Shown here: positions 59,210 to 64,000 of the stretch, piece after piece
Position numbering within the stretch: the stretch's first letter is position 1
Layout: each line of letters begins with the position of its first letter
NCBI GenBank assembly: GCA_026936335.1
Contig: JAPMXV010000062.1
Location: 62,001 to 126,000, forward strand
From: Mantamonas sphyraenae STR306
Taxonomy: Eukaryota; Protista; CRuMs
Direction: 5' to 3'
DNA: 64,000 nt
Made by a program: the position numbers and the translations under genes
Notes under the pieces: model-generated
Told to the model about the DNA's origin: nothing
The model's input: only the letters and a program-made list of their open reading frames with translations
Database searches by the model: none

Positions 59210-62200
59210 CTACCTTCTCTCCGCGCGCGAGAGGAAGCTGTAGGGCACGAGAGAGATCCAGTCAAAGATGCGAAACAACACCTCATCGGGCATGGTCACC
59301 CACAACGCCTCTGGCTGGTACGCGTCCATCCCACCGGCCTCAAACATCCGATCCCGTTCCTCTGTGTTCAACAGCAGCGCGGTTTCCACCAGCTGATCCT
59401 CGTGCCGTTCCAGCGCAAAGTGCACCTCGGGACTCCACTCCACCAATCGCCACCGATCGCTTTCATCATGCAAGTTCCCGTACATGTGTTGTTTCAGCCA
59501 CACCATGCGCTTCCTCTCGTCGTTCCATGTCTCTTCCATGCCCTTGAGCGGATCGCGCAGCCGCCATCTCTTGCGTTTCTTGACATCTGCCGCCGTCGGT
59601 TGTCTCCCCTGATGCAATTCGCCCGTGTACATGCGCAACCCTGCACGCCAGAGCCGAAACACAGTTCGTGTCAAATTGCCTCCGTAGCCTCTTCCGGCCA
59701 TCTGGACGTGCTCGCTCACGCTGCGGCCCAGATCCATCGCTGCCCCGGCCTCCAACAGCAAGCGCACAATCTCTGCACGTTCGTTGCGCACCGCTAGGTA
59801 CAGCGCCGTGTCTCCACGAGGGCCCATCAGGTTCACATCAGCACCCAGGGCAAGGAGTTCGGCCACACTTCGGATGCACCCAGCAGTGCTGGCCACCATC
59901 AGGGGACTCAGTGCGTCTGCGTTTGATTCCCACGAGGCAATGTTTGGGTCTGCACCCAGTTTCACCAGCAATCTTATCATCTCCACGTTCTCCTTCCACG
60001 CAGCCGCCCCCAATTCGCACGTGCCATTGATTGGCTGCTGCACTGTCGCCCCGTGGTGCAGCAACACCTTTTGGATCTGCACCAAATCGTTCTTGCGCTC
60101 TTCGTTCACAAACCCAAACTGGATGCTGGCCTCCGTCATCAGAGACTGATCCTGCGTCACAAGGTTCACATCTGCGCCTGCCTCGCACAGCAAATTGACA
60201 ATCTCCACGTCGTTGAACCTATCACCCAGGTTGCCAAACCTTTTCTGTGCAATGATGGTGAAGATGCACCTGCCCAGCAGCTTCGGTGTCACCACGTCTG
60301 CACCGCGCTCCAACAGCAAATGCACCATAGCCACGTCGCCACGCCGGCACGCTGTCGAGACTGCCGACGTCCCATCCTTCCTCTCCACACCCACGCTTGC
60401 ACCCATGTCAATCAGCCTCTTTGCAATGTCCACGTGTCCGTGTGACGCCGCACACATCAACATCGTGTCTCCCGATTGCGCTTGTGCGTGCACGTCCGCC
60501 CCTTTGTCCAATGCTTTGTGCATCAGCTCCACCGCCAGCAGCTTCGCCTCTACCAGTTTTGCGTCCTCCTCAACCCTCCTCTGAACCAGATGGAGTCCCT
60601 GCTGCGGACGCATGGCCGTCGGATACACCGCCCTCTGCTGCATCAGCAGAAGAGCGGGGGTACCGTCCATGAAACCTCCGCCCTCGTTGGGATCGGCGCC
60701 TGCGTCCAGGAGCATCGACACCAACTGACCGTGAGGTCCCATCTGGCATGCGATGCCCAATGCCGTGTATGTGGTTTCGTTCTGGACCCACAGGCGCGAT
60801 GGGTCTGCACCGTGTTCCAGCAACCATGCAACCGTCTCCACCTGCTTCTTGCTCACGGCTGCAAGCAGCGGCGTGCATCCACACACATCGGCGTGATCGA
60901 TGTCGGCCCCGGCATCCACCAACAGTTTGACACATTCCAAGTGCCCTCCCGTTGCCGCCAGAATTACGGCATTGTTCGAGGGTGAGTCAATGCATGGATT
61001 CGCTCCGTGTTCCAGTAACAACTTCAGAGCATCCACGTTGCCATGGAAAGCAGCCGACATCGTAGCAGTGGACCGCTTGCCCGCCGTCGTGTTCACATCG
61101 ACTCCTGCCTCGATCAACTGTGTCAACACCTCCAAACAATGTTCGTCGTCAAACTGCACACACAAAATGGCCAACTGGGTTGTCTCGGTGTCATCAGGGC
61201 GCTGGTTCACATCCACGCCATGCTCGAGAAGGCGTGCCACTGCTGCAGGATTCGATGCATGGCAGGCACTCGCCAGTGGGGTGCGTCCTGTGAGGATGTC
61301 CACCTCGTCGGCTTTGAATCCTGCCTCCAGCAGCATGTCCAGGCAACGCAGATGATTGTGCCCTGCAGCGAAGCCCACAGCACGTGCGCCGGCTGCCCCT
61401 TCCTCCAACAGGTACTCCATGGCCTCTTCGCAGCCGTACCGCGCGGTGTAATCCAACGCCGTGTTTGCAAACCCATTGGTACGGTCTGTGTCTGCGCCCC
61501 TGCCCACCAGCAGTTCGCAGAGATCGACGTCGTTGTGGATGGCTGCCCAAGACAACACCGACGTCCCATCGCCCGTGCTTGCTTCCACAGAGCCACCATG
61601 GACCACAAGCAGACCTGCACTTTGGCCGTCGTTCACAGCGCCTGCCACGGCCACCAGGTCGTCGCATCCGTCTGCCTGCTCGCACTCCACCTTGCTGACC
61701 TCGGCCTTTGTCATCGCCGCCGCCACATCTGGAGACTGTCCGTATGCAAGCAATTCTGCAACCCGCTGGTGTCTACCCATCAGTACCTGCCACACCAAGC
61801 TCTGGGACTCCTTGGCAATGACCCGTTCCACTGCCTTGTTCACAAGCGACGCAAGAAACTGCTCCGTGCTCAGGGTGCCCTTGACCGGGACTTTCTCATT
61901 GCCCACGAGCTCATCCACAATGTTTTGGATTTGTTGTGGCTGCCAAGCAGGTCGGATGTGCGGTGTGTGGAGAGTCAGCGACGCACAACAGAGGGACTGA
62001 AAAGTGCGAAACGTACCACGTAAGGGCCATACGCCGAATTTTGGCCAAAAACAACCACCAAGTCGCCTTCGCGTGAGTGTGCACAGTTCCACAGGTGTTC
62101 CACGAGCTCCTCTTCGTTCGTGTAGCGCGGTCGGTCTGCAAGCAGCATCACCGCTGCGCAGCAAGAGTGCAGACACCTGCGCGCCTCCACAGGCAGCACC

Positions 62201-62474
62201 AACACGCGCCGCCCACAGATCTCCTGGGGTGCGGCGTACATGCCCTTGAAAGGGGTGTAGCCCAACATCTTTAGCCCTGCGCACAGCCTCTACCTGTGTG
62301 AGAGCAGCGAAAGAACGGAAGCGCAACACGAAAAGAATCGCGTGATCAGGAATCCCCAAAGAACAACACAAACTCACACTTAACCAACTGTAGACGAGAT
62401 CTGTGCATGACCATGATGTGCAAACACGACTCGCTCGCCAACTGGGAATTTTGAACATCATTTTTGTGACTCAT
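59210..62474 (-). CDS. Ankyrin-repeat protein with unusual N-terminal domain and C-terminal F-box/SOCS-like helix
   Basis: About 15 ankyrin repeats (GxTPL..A...G....V..LL..GA); C-terminal WSPEVH...MPDEVLFRIF. Predicted 5' exons 62474-~62379 and ~62276-62016 splice in frame; the N-terminal model is less certain. Confidence 0.78.
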
Positions 62475-62566
62475 GGCAAGGTTGGGTTGGCATGGCTTCT
62501 GCGGTGGGCCTCTGCCACGCACACCCACACCCACACCCATACACAACCCCTCGCAGGGCCCAGGTC

Positions 62567-63830
62567 TCATCCACACTTGCAGCCCTTGCTTTCCTTCTTC
62601 TGATTCTGTCCGTCCAGCTGGACGCCGCCGCCCTTCTCCTCCTTGCCTTGGTCCTCGTCCATAAGGCGCTTCTTGATGTCACGTGCCAGCGAAATGAACG
62701 CCTCCTCCACGTTGATATTGTTCTTGGCCGACGTCTCCAGAAAGTTGATTTCGTACTCGTCCGCCAGCGACTGTCCTCGCTGCGTTTCAATCACCTTTTC
62801 GTCCGTCACGTCGCACTTGTTCCCAATCAGGATTTTGTTCACGTTGTCTGTTGCATGCTGCTCGATATTGCGGATCCAGTTGCGGATGTTGTTGAACGAC
62901 TTTTCGTCCGTCACGTCGTACACCAGCAGGATGCCCATCGCCCCTCGGTAGTACGCTGTGGTTGGTGGTGTGTGTGCCGGCCACATTCGCGCGTCAGCGT
63001 CCACAAAACCCTCCCCACAGCAGCAACACGTGAGTGTCACTCCCTCGCCGCCCACATCACAGGCCATACTGTATCCACACGCGTCGCCTAGCATGCATCC
63101 GCACACCCCTCCTCGCCTCCATGCCCTGCAACGGTACGTCGAGAGGGCGGAAACGCCAAACGCCCAAACGGGCCGCAAAAAACCCAGCGGCGACCCCAAC
63201 TGCTTGCGAAATGCCCACGGCTGCGTACCACACACCAACCACACCGTTCCGCCATGCACACCCCTCCCGTGTCCAACCTCCCACTTCATGGTCTGTCGTT
63301 TTCGCTTCCATCTCCCTTCCCTACCTGTCGTGATGGTCCTGAAGCGCTCCTGACCAGCCGTGTCCCAGATCTGCAGCTTGATCTTCTTGCCGTCCAGATC
63401 GATCGTGCGGATCTTAAAGTCAATGCTGTGGGTGTCCATGTGTCGTGTGAGCTCCTCTCCCTGTTCCAATCCCCATCTGCATGTGCTGTGGTCCACCCCT
63501 CGGCCGCTACGCACGCCCGGGTGCTCGCGGCCGACGCTCCCAAAGCGAATTCGCCGTGGAAAACGCACCCAATCGTTGTGATGAAGCTTGGCGTGAACGT
63601 GTCGTCCGCAAATCGTAGCAAGAGACAGCTCTTGCCAACGCCTGGATGGGTGTTTGTCGTGTCAGCTGCCCTGTTGCCTGTGCTGCGGTCCGTTTTTTCG
63701 TCTCCGGCCTCCGGCCAGCTGCTCGCTCGGTCCCCCTTCCGTTGCCCTCCAACTCACCCGAATCGCCGATCAGCAGCAGCTTGATCAGCATGTCATAGTT
63801 GCCTCGCCCAGCGTTGCCTCCAGTGCTCAT
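62567..63830 (-). CDS. RAB8: Rab8/Sec4-family small GTPase
   Basis: [10 protein letters not shown]|VGKSCLL, SFITTIG|[21 protein letters not shown]|[19 protein letters not shown]-terminal CKCG; three GT-AG introns. Confidence 0.95.
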
Positions 63831-64000
63831 CCCTATCCGTGTCAAGTGGAGTGAGAGTGGGTGTGTGGGTGTGTGGGTGTGTGTGTGAGTCAGCGTGAGC
63901 AAGCCCATTTCCCACCCACAACGTTTGCGTCGCCCCCCACGCACGCACGGTGTGACACAGCCACACGCATCAGAACACATGTGTTCCTACGTGCATACAT

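Noticed and set aside
62567-62585. Selenocysteine at the Rab8 C-terminal CG-TGA
   Set aside because: CKCG is an ordinary prenylation-type terminus, and no SECIS was recognised.
10823-63830. Functional cluster of ciliary genes (DNAAF3, LRRC74-like, ROPN1L-like, Rab8)
   Set aside because: They are scattered among unrelated housekeeping genes, as expected by chance in a flagellate, and no shared X-box was seen.
1-64000. Numerous long antisense/alternative-frame ORFs; transposons, CRISPR, tRNA/rRNA
   Set aside because: Shadow ORFs are expected from GC-rich codon usage. No transposase/RT motifs, terminal repeats, spacer arrays or structural-RNA signatures were recognised by eye.

Overview
Very gene-dense, GC-rich eukaryotic nuclear DNA. 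It is most likely from a flagellated heterotrophic protist, inferred from DNAAF3, LRRC74, a ropporin-like gene, KICS2, KRTCAP2 and a b5-fused sulfite oxidase. About 30 protein-coding genes are packed with intergenic gaps of mostly 30-200 nt and many head-to-head pairs. Introns are short canonical GT-AG, with CTGAC/CTCAC branch points and often (CA)n/(GT)n tracts. Recognisable genes: MORN/U-box protein, symplekin, importin-13-like, DNAAF3, SUOX, a Ydc2/RuvC-like mitochondrial resolvase, GGTase-I beta, snapin, CHD1, GPN3, PROSER3-like, NPAT-like LisH, nucleoplasmin-FKBP, WDR6, KICS2, LRRC74, KRTCAP2, F-box/WD40, a divergent UNG, ROPN1L-like, THOC7, an ankyrin protein and Rab8. I saw no RNA genes, transposons or CRISPR arrays. 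Most notable: (1) two convergent paralogous polytopic membrane genes share a patchy near-identical 755-nt inverted tract around a ~7 kb four-gene block (gene conversion, possibly an invertible segment); (2) a large surface receptor built from FBA/galactose-binding-like repeats; (3) a probable Mim1-like mitochondrial insertase micro-gene absent from the ORF track; (4) an AT-hook mitochondrial Holliday-junction resolvase; (5) an atypical UNG with a C-terminal PIP-like motif; (6) about 12 single-base frameshifts in conserved genes, most probably long-read consensus errors. All family assignments come from motif recognition by eye, not database searches.
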